Source: a virus | Lineage: Duplodnaviria > Caudoviricetes | Virus record (IMG/VR): IMGVR_UViG_3300037067_012588 | Reading direction: 5' to 3' (one strand) | Length of the DNA stretch: 64,000 nt | Part shown: piece by piece, positions 48,017-56,930 of the stretch | Layout: the number at the start of each line of letters is the position of its first letter | Numbering within the stretch: the stretch's first letter is position 1 | Made by a program: the position numbers and the translations under genes | The notes under the pieces: generated by a model | What the model was told of the DNA's origin: nothing | Database searches by the model: none | Seen by the model: only the letters and a program-made list of their open reading frames with translations

Positions 48017-48400
48017 TTATTCTTCTTTGAGTTTTCTAGTCAGATATACGATCATGTCGATTATACAAACCACATAGAGGAACGGCACAAGGCTTTCGCA
48101 GACGAATGACACGAGATATGTGACGGTCAATATAGCCATAACTCTCAGCAGCATCTTGAAGAACCAAATCTGTTTGTTCAACGATATGAGTTTGACTAAG
48201 AAATACAAGATAAAAACGCCTGCATTCATCCAAGAGAACGAGATAGTTCTTTCAACGAGATATGGGCATATGGAATCTTGTCTGAGCGAGTTGTTTGCGC
48301 AGGTCATAGGGTTTGGGATATTTTTCCAAAATTTATCCGTATCGCCGCCATCATAGCGATGTTCGAAGGCATGGCAGGATTTTGGGCAAGTGGTATTCAC
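48017..48400 (-). CDS. Cys4-TM subfamily protein
   Basis: GTG start; TCPKSC...PNPMTC...CPYLVER + TM. Confidence 0.8.
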   Translation of the reverse strand: MNTTCPKSCHAFEHRYDGGDTDKFWKNIPNPMTCANNSLRQDSICPYLVERTISFSWMNAGVFILYFLVKLISLNKQIWFFKMLLRVMAILTVTYLVSFVCESLVPFLYVVCIIDMIVYLTRKLKEE

Positions 48401-48795
48401 ATATTTCTCATCATGACGAGCGTGATAATGGTAGCGGCAACAAAAGTATAACATGACGGCATTACGATAACTACCGCCTCAGCGAGAATTGGCATATTGA
48501 GGAGCTGGGCCATATTTCCGATGATGGAAAGCAGTCCTGTAACGATCATTGCTACGAAGAAGAAATTCACTGGCACGTCGAAATTGTGTTTGAGGATTGA
48601 TTTGAAGACGAAGAAGACCATGAGTATGAAAGCGTCCACCCGAGAGAACAGGACAGTTCTTTCGACGAGATAGGGGCAGGTATCATATTCGAACGAGCTA
48701 TTGGCACAGGTCACTGGGTTTGGGTTCTTTTCCCAGACGGATGACAAATAATTTGGTTCAAAGGCTTTGCAGTGTTTTGGGCATGTATTGAGCAT
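48397..48795 (-). CDS. Cys4-TM subfamily protein
   Basis: MLNTCPKHC...PNPVTC...CPYLVER + 3 TM. Confidence 0.8.
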   Translation of the reverse strand: MLNTCPKHCKAFEPNYLSSVWEKNPNPVTCANSSFEYDTCPYLVERTVLFSRVDAFILMVFFVFKSILKHNFDVPVNFFFVAMIVTGLLSIIGNMAQLLNMPILAEAVVIVMPSCYTFVAATIITLVMMRNM

Positions 48796-48798
48796 GGT

Positions 48799-49191
48799 TT
48801 ATTTCACTCCCCAATCATCCACAATTTCAACGAAGACGGATACAGCGCACACGACGAACAGGGCGATACTTGCTCCGAAGAGTTCTTTGCTGGCGATTTT
48901 GTTTTGGATAATCAGCAGTGTAATTCCCAAGACAAGCGTAAACAGCGGCACGAATGCTTCTTTTCTGAATTCGGCGTGTAATAACCCGCCGTATGATTTT
49001 ACTTTCAAGAGGAACATTTTCAGCTTGGATTTTTGGAGAATCATTTCGAGTTGGTACGGGCAACTGTCAGTATCTTCGTGTCCGCACGATATTGGGTTTG
49101 GTTCTTTTTCCAGAAAATTGTCCAAAACCTCGATATCATAGACACGGAGGTGAAGAAAGGTTTGGCAGTTTTTTGGGCAAGGGTTAATCAA
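48799..49191 (-). CDS. Cys4-TM subfamily protein
   Basis: TTG start; NPCPKNC...PNPISC...CPYQLE + 2 TM. Confidence 0.75.
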   Translation of the reverse strand: MINPCPKNCQTFLHLRVYDIEVLDNFLEKEPNPISCGHEDTDSCPYQLEMILQKSKLKMFLLKVKSYGGLLHAEFRKEAFVPLFTLVLGITLLIIQNKIASKELFGASIALFVVCAVSVFVEIVDDWGVK

Positions 49192-49565
49192 GTTTCGCTT
49201 CCAATTGCTACAACCAAAACAACGCACACGCTGGCGATATACAGGACAAACAATTCAGTGTTGATAATTTTCATGCTTGAGAACAAGGTGGCAAGGAGAG
49301 CCACCCCTGCAAAAATACTTGCCAAAATCAAGAGCACTTCCTTTTTGTCGAGTCTCACTTCATTATACGCTTTGATGGTGAAGGTGAGTTTGGTGAATAA
49401 ATATCCCAGCCCTTGTTTTGCGAGTAACAGTTCGAGTTGGTATGGGCAGTGTTGTTCAACGGTTTGGCAAGTAACCGGGTTTGGGATATTATCCAGCGGT
49501 TTTGGGTAATATTTTGATTTGGACAGGTGGTTATATTTTGGGCAATTTTTGGGGCAAGGGTTCAT
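49188..49565 (-). CDS. Cys4-TM subfamily protein
   Basis: MNPCPKNC...PNPVTC...CPYQLE + 2 TM. Confidence 0.8.
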   Translation of the reverse strand: MNPCPKNCPKYNHLSKSKYYPKPLDNIPNPVTCQTVEQHCPYQLELLLAKQGLGYLFTKLTFTIKAYNEVRLDKKEVLLILASIFAGVALLATLFSSMKIINTELFVLYIASVCVVLVVAIGSET

Positions 49566-49945
49566 CGTAATTTTCTTCCGATAATAAGTGAGGCAGCGCA
49601 GACGATGACGACGGTAACAGCGCAAGCCACTTCCAGTTCACGTTTGAGGACGGGCAATAAGATTGCATCTATGCCAAGGACGAAGAGGGTGAATATCGCC
49701 ACAAGCAAGACAAACAGCACTGGTGGAACCAGATATTCATTCAACGCTCTGACGCCATACCAAGCCTTTAGGACGATTTTGTTCAGTCCTTGGAGGCTGA
49801 GTAGCACTTCGAGTTCGTAAGGGCACTGTGAGCCTTTGTTGGCGCAGGTGACGGGGTTTGGTATGGTATAGAGCGGCAGAGTTCTTTCGAATCTGTAGGT
49901 TTGGGTTTCGTGCTGGTATTTTTTACAGTTTTTGCAAGGGTTCAT
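49562..49945 (-). CDS. Cys4-TM subfamily protein
   Basis: MNPCKNC...PNPVTC...CPYELE + 2 TM. Confidence 0.8.
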   Translation of the reverse strand: MNPCKNCKKYQHETQTYRFERTLPLYTIPNPVTCANKGSQCPYELEVLLSLQGLNKIVLKAWYGVRALNEYLVPPVLFVLLVAIFTLFVLGIDAILLPVLKRELEVACAVTVVIVCAASLIIGRKLR

Positions 49946-50170
49946 GTGTGTTTTTCCAAAAGCGAGCCATCAATCAGAGAATACGAGCAACGGTTTTTGA
50001 TGTTAAAAGTCTTTGCCCCTTCACGTTCGCCGTTTTGTATTTCACGTTCAGTGACATAAATCTGCCCTTTGAAGCAATCTTCCAAAAGAAAAGAACCATC
50101 CTTTTTGATAGCCTTTACTGTGTAAAGCACTTTTTCGATATAGACACAATCGTCAACATTGGTCATGTGC

Positions 50171-50401
50171 TTATTCCTCCTCAAAAACTGCATGTTCGGT
50201 AAGGTACGGGCAGCCGAAGTTATCTCCGACCAAGCTGAAAAGGAGTCGTCCGCATATTTTCGGACAGAGGCAGTGGACTTTCTTATCGAACAACACTTCC
50301 CATTCTTTTTCAGACATTTTGACGGAATAACTCTGGTTAAATATGTATTTGTCGAATTGGTCTTGGAGACATTTTCTGCAGACCTCTTTGGCGAATTTCA
50401 T
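50171..50401 (-). CDS. Cys4 family protein
   Basis: VCRKC...CP...CPYLTEH. Confidence 0.75.
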   Translation of the reverse strand: MKFAKEVCRKCLQDQFDKYIFNQSYSVKMSEKEWEVLFDKKVHCLCPKICGRLLFSLVGDNFGCPYLTEHAVFEEE

Positions 50402-50637
50402 GATTGACTCACAATATGTTCAGTGGCGTATGGACACCAATGTGGTATTTTGTATTTCGAGACACTGAAAAACCGAGCGCCTTCTCCAGAGATTACTTTA
50501 TCTGGACAGATGTGATTTACTCGTCCATCTTTACTCCAGAATTTTTCTACTCGTTCATCCCATCCTTGACTGGATAGAAATGAGACGATTCTGTATTTAT
50601 TGATGCATATCTTACAGATGTCTTTGTTCAGATTCAT
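50398..50637 (-). CDS. Cys4 family protein
   Basis: ICKIC...CP...CPYATEH. Confidence 0.75.
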   Translation of the reverse strand: MNLNKDICKICINKYRIVSFLSSQGWDERVEKFWSKDGRVNHICPDKVISGEGARFFSVSKYKIPHWCPYATEHIVSQS

Positions 50638-50910
50638 TCATAACCCCTGAGCGACTACTTGTTCTGTAGCGTATGGGCAACCATTTGAGATTATACTTTG
50701 TAATGAGTCGAAGGATATGAGATTTGTTTTTCCCATCTTTGATCGAAAATCATCATATTCGATTCTGAGGATAGGGCAGGCTACGATATTAAGTCGCCAC
50801 ATTGATTTGAGTAAAGCTGGAGACCACAGGATACCTTTCCTGTGGTCGTCTTGGCTTACTAAACGATGATCTTGAACGCATTTCAGGCAAATATTATAGA
50901 CTGGATTCAT
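50638..50910 (-). CDS. Cys4 family protein
   Basis: ICLKC...ACP...CPYATEQ. Confidence 0.75.
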   Translation of the reverse strand: MNPVYNICLKCVQDHRLVSQDDHRKGILWSPALLKSMWRLNIVACPILRIEYDDFRSKMGKTNLISFDSLQSIISNGCPYATEQVVAQGL

Positions 50911-51173
50911 ATTTGTTTCTCCGTAGATATAGTATGCTCAGTGGCGAATAGACAATGTTTGAAAAGCATCTCTTCAAACAGGCTGATTGCGATGCATCCG
51001 ACATAGCCCACCAATTGTTCACCAGATACTTCAACGAAAAACTGAGCTCCTAAATCCTTAAGCACAGGACAAACAATAAATCCTTCATCCCATTTTTTAT
51101 TGGAGTTTTGGGTAAAAAACTCTGAAAGGAATTTCTCTTGGCATTGACGGCACACCTCTCTATTTGGCTTCAT
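50907..51173 (-). CDS. Cys4 family protein
   Basis: VCRQC...WDEGFIVCP...CLFATEH. Confidence 0.75.
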   Translation of the reverse strand: MKPNREVCRQCQEKFLSEFFTQNSNKKWDEGFIVCPVLKDLGAQFFVEVSGEQLVGYVGCIAISLFEEMLFKHCLFATEHTISTEKQI

Positions 51174-51600
51174 GATTCCCCTCATAGGCAACCACATGTT
51201 CAGTTGCGAACGGGCAAATACATAACCCTTCTAATAGGTCAATTGTTTTAACCCCAATCTCAACAAACATCGTTCTTGGGCAGTATCGAAGGCGTCCTCT
51301 TTTGAAAGACTCTTCCCACTCGTCGATTGTTGAGCATGGCGGTATTATTTTAAGAACGCATTGTCGACAGACATCAATATTCGGAGTCAATTGTGTTCTT
51401 TGGAGTTTTTTATGTTCCTTGTTTTGTGGGCAACGTCTGTATTTTTTTAAGAAATCTGCTTTGAAATTGAAAGAAGTCCCACTTTGCCCTCCGATAGGCT
51501 TACAATGGACAACATCCACGCTCCACGAATAATCGAAGTCTTCTGGTTTTACTCCAGCCTTGATACGGCAAGCTTTGCAGACGCTATATATTGGTCTCAT
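51160..51600 (-). CDS. Cys4 family protein, tandem domains
   Basis: CKAC..C..CPQNKEH / CRQC..CP..CPFATEH. Confidence 0.75.
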   Translation of the reverse strand: MRPIYSVCKACRIKAGVKPEDFDYSWSVDVVHCKPIGGQSGTSFNFKADFLKKYRRCPQNKEHKKLQRTQLTPNIDVCRQCVLKIIPPCSTIDEWEESFKRGRLRYCPRTMFVEIGVKTIDLLEGLCICPFATEHVVAYEGNHEAK

Positions 51601-51788
51601 GATTCCTTCTTGGTATGGTATCTTTTTATCTCCTCATTGATTCTCACAATATTATCGCAAATCTTCTGAAAATCGTTTGCGCTGTCGCAAACACGGATAC
51701 ATGTGTTCTCGAAATGCAAGAATACTGCTTCTTCCATCACATCACCGTCACTATCATAGGAATTCACACTGAAGGTTATTTCCATCAT
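51597..51788 (-). CDS. hypothetical protein
   Basis: 63 aa, ATGA-coupled. Confidence 0.55.
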   Translation of the reverse strand: MMEITFSVNSYDSDGDVMEEAVFLHFENTCIRVCDSANDFQKICDNIVRINEEIKRYHTKKES

Positions 51789-52049
51789 TCACCATCCCAT
51801 TCACCGACAATATCAAGGTGTTCGGCATAATTGCCTTGATGTCCAGAGCGTCCGTAACGATTCCAGCAGGAAATACGCCACTCCCATCCACCGATTGTTC
51901 GCATAAGTATTGCACCGTGGATGGCTTCCCACAGGTTTTCACAGTGACAAGTTGCATCGAGCTTATCGACGATAACGGCATAGAAGCGAACCTTCAGACC
52001 ATTTCGGGTCTTGTAGAGCTTGTTAAGGTCAAAACCTTCGGCATAGGCA

Positions 52050-52472
52050 TCAAACACAATCATCCTCCTTCTGGGTCGCCAAGAAGTGCTCAAGCAAATA
52101 CGGGCAGTCAGGGTGAACGTCATTACAAATAGACGTAGCCTTCATTCGGGCGACTAGCCAACACGGCACACAAGCCTGTTTTTCGAGCCAATCCTTGAAG
52201 GCATTTTTGTCATTATTGCCGTCTCGCTCATCGCAACACCTTCTGCAGATTTCCACTGAATGCTTTACTGGTCTCTTGACATGGGCATATTTTCTCAGCT
52301 TTGCCTTGTTGGTGCAACACCTCGGAACGGGAATATCAACCGAACGATAGATAGCTTTCGTTTTTGGGCAATATTTCAGCAAGTTTGTGACAGGGTCTAT
52401 CTCTGCACAAGCTCTCTTGTTGTCCTCCCGCAAGCACCTTCCACAAATGTCCTTATGTGGATACGGGTTCAT
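52050..52472 (-). CDS. Cys4 family protein, tandem domains
   Basis: CGRC..CP..C / CRRC..C..CPYLLEH. Confidence 0.75.
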   Translation of the reverse strand: MNPYPHKDICGRCLREDNKRACAEIDPVTNLLKYCPKTKAIYRSVDIPVPRCCTNKAKLRKYAHVKRPVKHSVEICRRCCDERDGNNDKNAFKDWLEKQACVPCWLVARMKATSICNDVHPDCPYLLEHFLATQKEDDCV

Positions 52473-53083
52473 AAAACGCTTTCCACGGTGCGATTGCGCA
52501 CTTCATCCTGTTGTTCTTTGGTGAACCAAAACTCAGCATTTGACAACGGAGTTTTCTTGAGTCCAGCGCAAGCGATGATGGCCTTTGTTTCCCCCATGAG
52601 TCCACCCACAAGCAAGCCAGTGCTGATATAGCCGTTCGGTTGGATACAATACGGCTTGAACGAATAATTCAACGGATATTCGTGGTATGCTTGGTTGGCG
52701 ATTTGATACATGCGTTCATCCACGAGGATGCTAAATCTTTTGTCTCCAACCATACGCACCGTGGCGTATTTTCCTTTTTCGGAGCCAGGGCACAGGAATT
52801 CCCTATCGGCGTTATCCAATATCTTGCTGAATCTTACGGGACGAAAAATGTCCTCTTGCATGGCATCTGTCGATGGATTTTCTTTCATTCCAATGTAATA
52901 TTTGAACGACCGTTTAACTCTATACAGCCATTCCCTTCCACCGCTGAATATTCCGCACGCTTTGCAGTCTCTTGGCAGTTTCATGTAAAAGCATGGAGAA
53001 GCCAGCCAACGGGAGATTTCCCCTTCGCCTATCATCTTGAAAAACCCATCGCTCTTTTTGATTCGGATGCTTTTCATTTTCAA
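52469..53083 (-). CDS. hypothetical protein
   Basis: 204 aa. Confidence 0.6.
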   Translation of the reverse strand: MKMKSIRIKKSDGFFKMIGEGEISRWLASPCFYMKLPRDCKACGIFSGGREWLYRVKRSFKYYIGMKENPSTDAMQEDIFRPVRFSKILDNADREFLCPGSEKGKYATVRMVGDKRFSILVDERMYQIANQAYHEYPLNYSFKPYCIQPNGYISTGLLVGGLMGETKAIIACAGLKKTPLSNAEFWFTKEQQDEVRNRTVESVL

Positions 53084-53143
53084 TTACCCCATCAGACGTT
53101 GATAAAATACCTCTTCATGTCTATATATCGTCCGAAGGGCAAA

Positions 53144-53425
53144 TTATTCCTGAGAAATAACGTGTTCAAGAAAAAATGGGCATTGGTCGGAGTCTGGGGC
53201 TAATTCGTCGTCTTCGTCGAAATCTCGACAAGCCAAGCACAGATTTTCTCCAACCGCTTTGCACCAAAGGATATACCCATAGTTTTTGACATGGGTATCG
53301 AAATATTCACGAGCCCTCTCGATAGGCAGATTTGGGTGAGAGTGTGAGCCTTTGGGCGTATATCTGCCTGTAGTTTTGACGGCACTACAGGCGCAAGCTC
53401 GGCATATTTCTGTATTTGGCTTCAT
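53144..53425 (-). CDS. Cys4 family protein (MKPN/RDFD subtype)
   Basis: ICRAC...LWC...RDFD...CPFFLEH. Confidence 0.8.
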   Translation of the reverse strand: MKPNTEICRACACSAVKTTGRYTPKGSHSHPNLPIERAREYFDTHVKNYGYILWCKAVGENLCLACRDFDEDDELAPDSDQCPFFLEHVISQE

Positions 53426-53682
53426 TGGTTATCGCCTTCAAGGGTTTGCTCCAAGAAATACGGGCAGTCACTTGGAATGCCTTCTGTGACAAAAAAACCG
53501 AATGGTCTTTGGCAAGGACACCAAAATACCCTCCCATTGTCAAATCGCACCGAGACATCGTTTAATGTGTTTTCCCATAGTATCTCTATCGATGTACTCT
53601 CGATCTCCCAATCCAAAAGATTTTCAAATTGATGTTTTACTGCGCACGGGACACAGATATTTTTATTCGGTTTTGGGTTCAT
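53422..53682 (-). CDS. Cys4 family protein (MNPKP subtype)
   Basis: ICVPC...FDNG.VFWCPC...CPYFLEQ. Confidence 0.8.
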   Translation of the reverse strand: MNPKPNKNICVPCAVKHQFENLLDWEIESTSIEILWENTLNDVSVRFDNGRVFWCPCQRPFGFFVTEGIPSDCPYFLEQTLEGDNQ

Positions 53683-53950
53683 TGGAAATTACCTGTTCTG
53701 TCAGATAACGGCATTGCGGCGGCGTCTTGAAATAGGGGAAATAATCATCCTCTGAGTAGAAATAATCATGCTGAGTTTTCATCAACTGCCAGCTATCGAT
53801 TTGGTTTTTGACTTTCTTGTTGATGTCTCTAATCAACTGACAGTGAAAATCCCTCTTGAGAAATTCGCATTGGCATTTCAAGCATATTCGGATATTCCTG
53901 TCGGCGAATTTTCCATCCCATGATTTTGCCAGATATTCAAGATAATTCAT
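53663..53950 (-). CDS. Cys4 family protein
   Basis: ICLKC...HC...CRYLTEQVIS. Confidence 0.75.
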   Translation of the reverse strand: MNYLEYLAKSWDGKFADRNIRICLKCQCEFLKRDFHCQLIRDINKKVKNQIDSWQLMKTQHDYFYSEDDYFPYFKTPPQCRYLTEQVISNEPKTE

Positions 53951-54209
53951 TCGATTCGCACTCTATGAAATGCTCCAAGAAATACGGGCATTTGTCTGGG
54001 ATGCCGTCTTCTATAAAAAACCCAAAAGGCATTTTACAAGGACAAAAGAACACCTGCCCGTTGCCAAATCGCAAAGAGACGTCTCTCAATATTATTTCCC
54101 TTCGCACAGAAACGTCTGTCAACATTCTTTCACTCTCCGTCATCAGAACGTCACCTTGATATTTGGCAGCGCAAGGCAAGCAGATATTTATGTCTGGTTT
54201 AGGATTCAT
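53937..54209 (-). CDS. Cys4 family protein (MNPKP subtype)
   Basis: ICLPC...FGNG.VFFCPC...CPYFLEH. Confidence 0.8.
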   Translation of the reverse strand: MNPKPDINICLPCAAKYQGDVLMTESERMLTDVSVRREIILRDVSLRFGNGQVFFCPCKMPFGFFIEDGIPDKCPYFLEHFIECESNELS

Positions 54210-54519
54210 TTGAAATCACCTGTTCAGTGAAATACGGGCAGAGATTCGATTTGGGAGCCATCTCATCGTCTTGGTCAAAATCTCTGTTTATTCGCATTCC
54301 TGGGTTTGTACCACACTCCTCAACCCCTGATGATCCTATATACATCTGAGCAACCGCAGGACACCATTTAATCAGTCCGCTACGCCTTTTGATATTCTTG
54401 TCGAATGTTTTATACACTTGTTCTGGAGTTAATTGTTTAATTTTCAAGTTAGTTTTAGAGCGCCAAACAATATGGCGGTTACAAGCGCACTGTCTGCAGA
54501 TTTCGACATTAGGCTTCAT
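54199..54519 (-). CDS. Cys4 family protein (MKPN/RDFD subtype)
   Basis: ICRQC...WCP...RDFD...CPYFTEQ. Confidence 0.8.
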   Translation of the reverse strand: MKPNVEICRQCACNRHIVWRSKTNLKIKQLTPEQVYKTFDKNIKRRSGLIKWCPAVAQMYIGSSGVEECGTNPGMRINRDFDQDDEMAPKSNLCPYFTEQVISNES

Positions 54520-54787
54520 TGGACACCACCTGTTCAGTGAAATACGGGCAGAGGTTTGACTTCGGGGCATTCAGAGCGCCAGAGTCAAAATCTCGACTTA
54601 TATTCATCGACAGTGAAATCTTTTTCGAGATTTTAAGAGCTTGACACCACAAAATAGACCTGAATTTGCTTGTTGTTATGTCAAACGTTTTGTAAACATC
54701 TTCTCTTGTTCGTGGAGACAGGCTTATCAATTTATTGATATAATACTCACAAGCGCACGTCCTACATATATCGATGTTAGGCTTCAT
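54509..54787 (-). CDS. Cys4 family protein (MKPN/RDFD subtype)
   Basis: ICRTC...LWC...RDFD...CPYFTEQ. Confidence 0.8.
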   Translation of the reverse strand: MKPNIDICRTCACEYYINKLISLSPRTREDVYKTFDITTSKFRSILWCQALKISKKISLSMNISRDFDSGALNAPKSNLCPYFTEQVVSNEA

Positions 54788-55250
54788 TGTTCTCTGCCTT
54801 ATCGGCGTCATATTCATGGGTCGATGATTTGTTCGCTATGGCATGTTCCACAACCAAGCCGCACTCTTTTGGGACAAACTTGCGAAGGTTCCAGTTTATC
54901 TGACGAGACCACAGGCATCCGTACAAAACATCATCGGAGTATTGGTCGCACCCAGACATTTTGCAGACATCTGGATGTATCAGGACTTCTTCGAAATGCT
55001 GACTGTCTTCCCGAAGATTCTTCGCATGACGGTCACGGGCAAACCTTACGCCTTCGGCAGACACCTCTTCTGTTGGCTCTTCCTCGAAAAGCGCCTCAAG
55101 GTTTTCTTCCATTTTTTTGTTTTCCAAAATTTGTTCTTCCTTGAAAAGACAATTCTCCAATACGGGACACGCTTCGCTTCCATCATCGAAATCAGCGTTG
55201 AACTCTACAAACATGTTTTTGGACGCTTTGCAGAGATAGAAAAAAATCAT
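54777..55250 (-). CDS. Cys4 family protein; 5' part possibly frameshifted
   Basis: VCKMSGC...GC...CGLVVEH; an upstream CQKC half-domain lies in another frame. Confidence 0.55.
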   Translation of the reverse strand: MIFFYLCKASKNMFVEFNADFDDGSEACPVLENCLFKEEQILENKKMEENLEALFEEEPTEEVSAEGVRFARDRHAKNLREDSQHFEEVLIHPDVCKMSGCDQYSDDVLYGCLWSRQINWNLRKFVPKECGLVVEHAIANKSSTHEYDADKAENNEA

Positions 55251-55310
55251 GGTTGAGACTTTCAGTCCCGCACTTCTGACAAATATGTTTAAGAGCCTTC
55301 AATTTTGGAC

Positions 55311-55503
55311 GTTCCCACGGCTGTCTGGATTTGAACCAGATTTTTGGTTGGCTTTTACCGAACCCGTCGATTCGGTATGCTCGCAGCCCTTCCATTGGAC
55401 AAGGATACTAGCGAATGTTTCGGTCGCCCCTACTTATCGCCATTTCTTGCCGCTTGCTTATGAGCTTCGCAACGTGTTCACACCACGCCGCAGCCGCAGG
55501 AAC
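55311..55503 (-). ncRNA. tRNA-like structured RNA with expanded anticodon region
   Basis: 13-bp terminal stem GTTCCTGCGGCTG/CAGCCGTGGGAAC, T arm TCTGG-TTCAAAT-CCAGA, D-like hairpin CGTG-GTGTGAA-CACG. Confidence 0.65.
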
Positions 55504-55504
55504 C

Positions 55505-55675
55505 TTATTCGTCTATCGGGTCGATCTTTGACCTCACCTCTTCAGGAGGAAGGCTTGGCACGGGTATCTCTGGCAGCACGGGCATATTCTTACGCTCATT
55601 GCGCTCGATAGCGTCATAGTCGCCCGGCTCAGGCTTCAAGACTCGATTCACCTTTACAGTCCAGAATGAAAGCAT
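55505..55675 (-). CDS. small hypothetical protein (56 aa)
   Basis: read manually: MLSFWTVKVNRVLKPEPGDY...IDE; AAGGAGAAGGA RBS. Confidence 0.5.
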   Translation of the reverse strand: MLSFWTVKVNRVLKPEPGDYDAIERNERKNMPVLPEIPVPSLPPEEVRSKIDPIDE

Positions 55676-55696
55676 GTTCCTTCTCCTTGCCTCTCA

Positions 55697-56137
55697 TTAT
55701 ACTGGATTGTCCTCTGTTTTACAAAGAGAAACAGCATGTTCGACGGCGTAAGGGCAATCGTCATCTTTGCCTGTTTGAGAACAGGTTGAGACAATAGCCA
55801 TGCTGATCATTTTAGCATGCCAACATTGGATAACCCCATGTTCATCGAAAAAAGGTTGTTCTCCTCGACACTTCAGGCAAACCTCTTTGGCTTTCGTTGC
55901 TTCTTTTTCTGCAGACAACGGGAGCCTATCAAGCTCAGGGCAACGGTCAAAAACTGGTGTTGCTATACTGTGATACACCATCACTTGTCTCAGATGTTCA
56001 CGGTCATCACACCTGACAAACCCTCTATCCCAACAATAAGAGAACGATTCGCCAGTACGAGCCCGAACTTTTGGCTTGCCGTTTTTGGCAAAACAAGCAG
56101 AACAGATTTCCTTGTCTGGATATCTGGACTCCATCAT
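55697..56137 (-). CDS. Cys4 family protein, tandem domains
   Basis: CSAC..WDRGFVRC..CP / CLKC..C..CPYAVEH. Confidence 0.78.
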   Translation of the reverse strand: MMESRYPDKEICSACFAKNGKPKVRARTGESFSYCWDRGFVRCDDREHLRQVMVYHSIATPVFDRCPELDRLPLSAEKEATKAKEVCLKCRGEQPFFDEHGVIQCWHAKMISMAIVSTCSQTGKDDDCPYAVEHAVSLCKTEDNPV

Positions 56138-56451
56138 TCTTCTCCTGAAACGACATGCTCGACGAAAAATGGGCAATCAGACAAAGCACAAGCAACATGT
56201 TTGTGCCAGTTTTTTTCGAAATCTTCAAACGTTGATTCGTCTTGAAAAGGGTTTTCCTTCTCTGTTCTCCTGAGAAAGCATTTAAGACTTGGGCACTCCA
56301 CCGCAAAAACAATTTCCTTTGGCAAACGCTTCCAGTCAAGCGTTGTTGGACGACCATCGATAAACAACGGATGACCATTCCACTGTTTAGCCTTAACATC
56401 ACAAGCTCGCTCACAAACAATACGCTGAAGCCTATAGTTAGACGCTTTCAT
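56134..56451 (-). CDS. Cys4 family protein
   Basis: VCERAC...ECP...CPFFVEH. Confidence 0.72.
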   Translation of the reverse strand: MKASNYRLQRIVCERACDVKAKQWNGHPLFIDGRPTTLDWKRLPKEIVFAVECPSLKCFLRRTEKENPFQDESTFEDFEKNWHKHVACALSDCPFFVEHVVSGEE

Positions 56452-56930
56452 TTTTCACCCATAGATAGGACATGCTCAGTCTCGTATGGGCAATCGACAT
56501 GCTTCCGAATACACTGAATAGCCGAAAAAGCCCCGCTCGAAAGCGATGAAAACATCACAAGCCCACACAGCTCCCGACAAATCACCAAGCCATGACTGAT
56601 CATCTCATCAATCATCCGATTTTCGTCTTCCCTCAGTCTCTCATCTTCTCTTGGATTGTTGGATACCAGCCTCTTCAAGCACAACCGACAAATATCTGGA
56701 TTCGCCGCATGGTCTGAGCGAATCTTTTTCCTCTTGAGATTTGGACAGACAACGGTGAAACGATTGGCGTAGCCCTCAGCACCTTCGTTCGTATATTCTG
56801 GCGCAAGAGGGCAGCCATATATAAGCCCACGCTTCCATTCAGCAACCCACGATGCGGCACTGAAAGAATAATTCTTCTTCCATGACGCTAACACACAAGA
56901 ATAGCATTTGTCATAAGGCTTGGACATCAC
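56448..56930 (-). CDS. Cys4 family protein, tandem domains
   Basis: CYSC..WKRG...CP..CP / CRLC..C..CPYETEH. Confidence 0.78.
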   Translation of the reverse strand: MMSKPYDKCYSCVLASWKKNYSFSAASWVAEWKRGLIYGCPLAPEYTNEGAEGYANRFTVVCPNLKRKKIRSDHAANPDICRLCLKRLVSNNPREDERLREDENRMIDEMISHGLVICRELCGLVMFSSLSSGAFSAIQCIRKHVDCPYETEHVLSMGEK

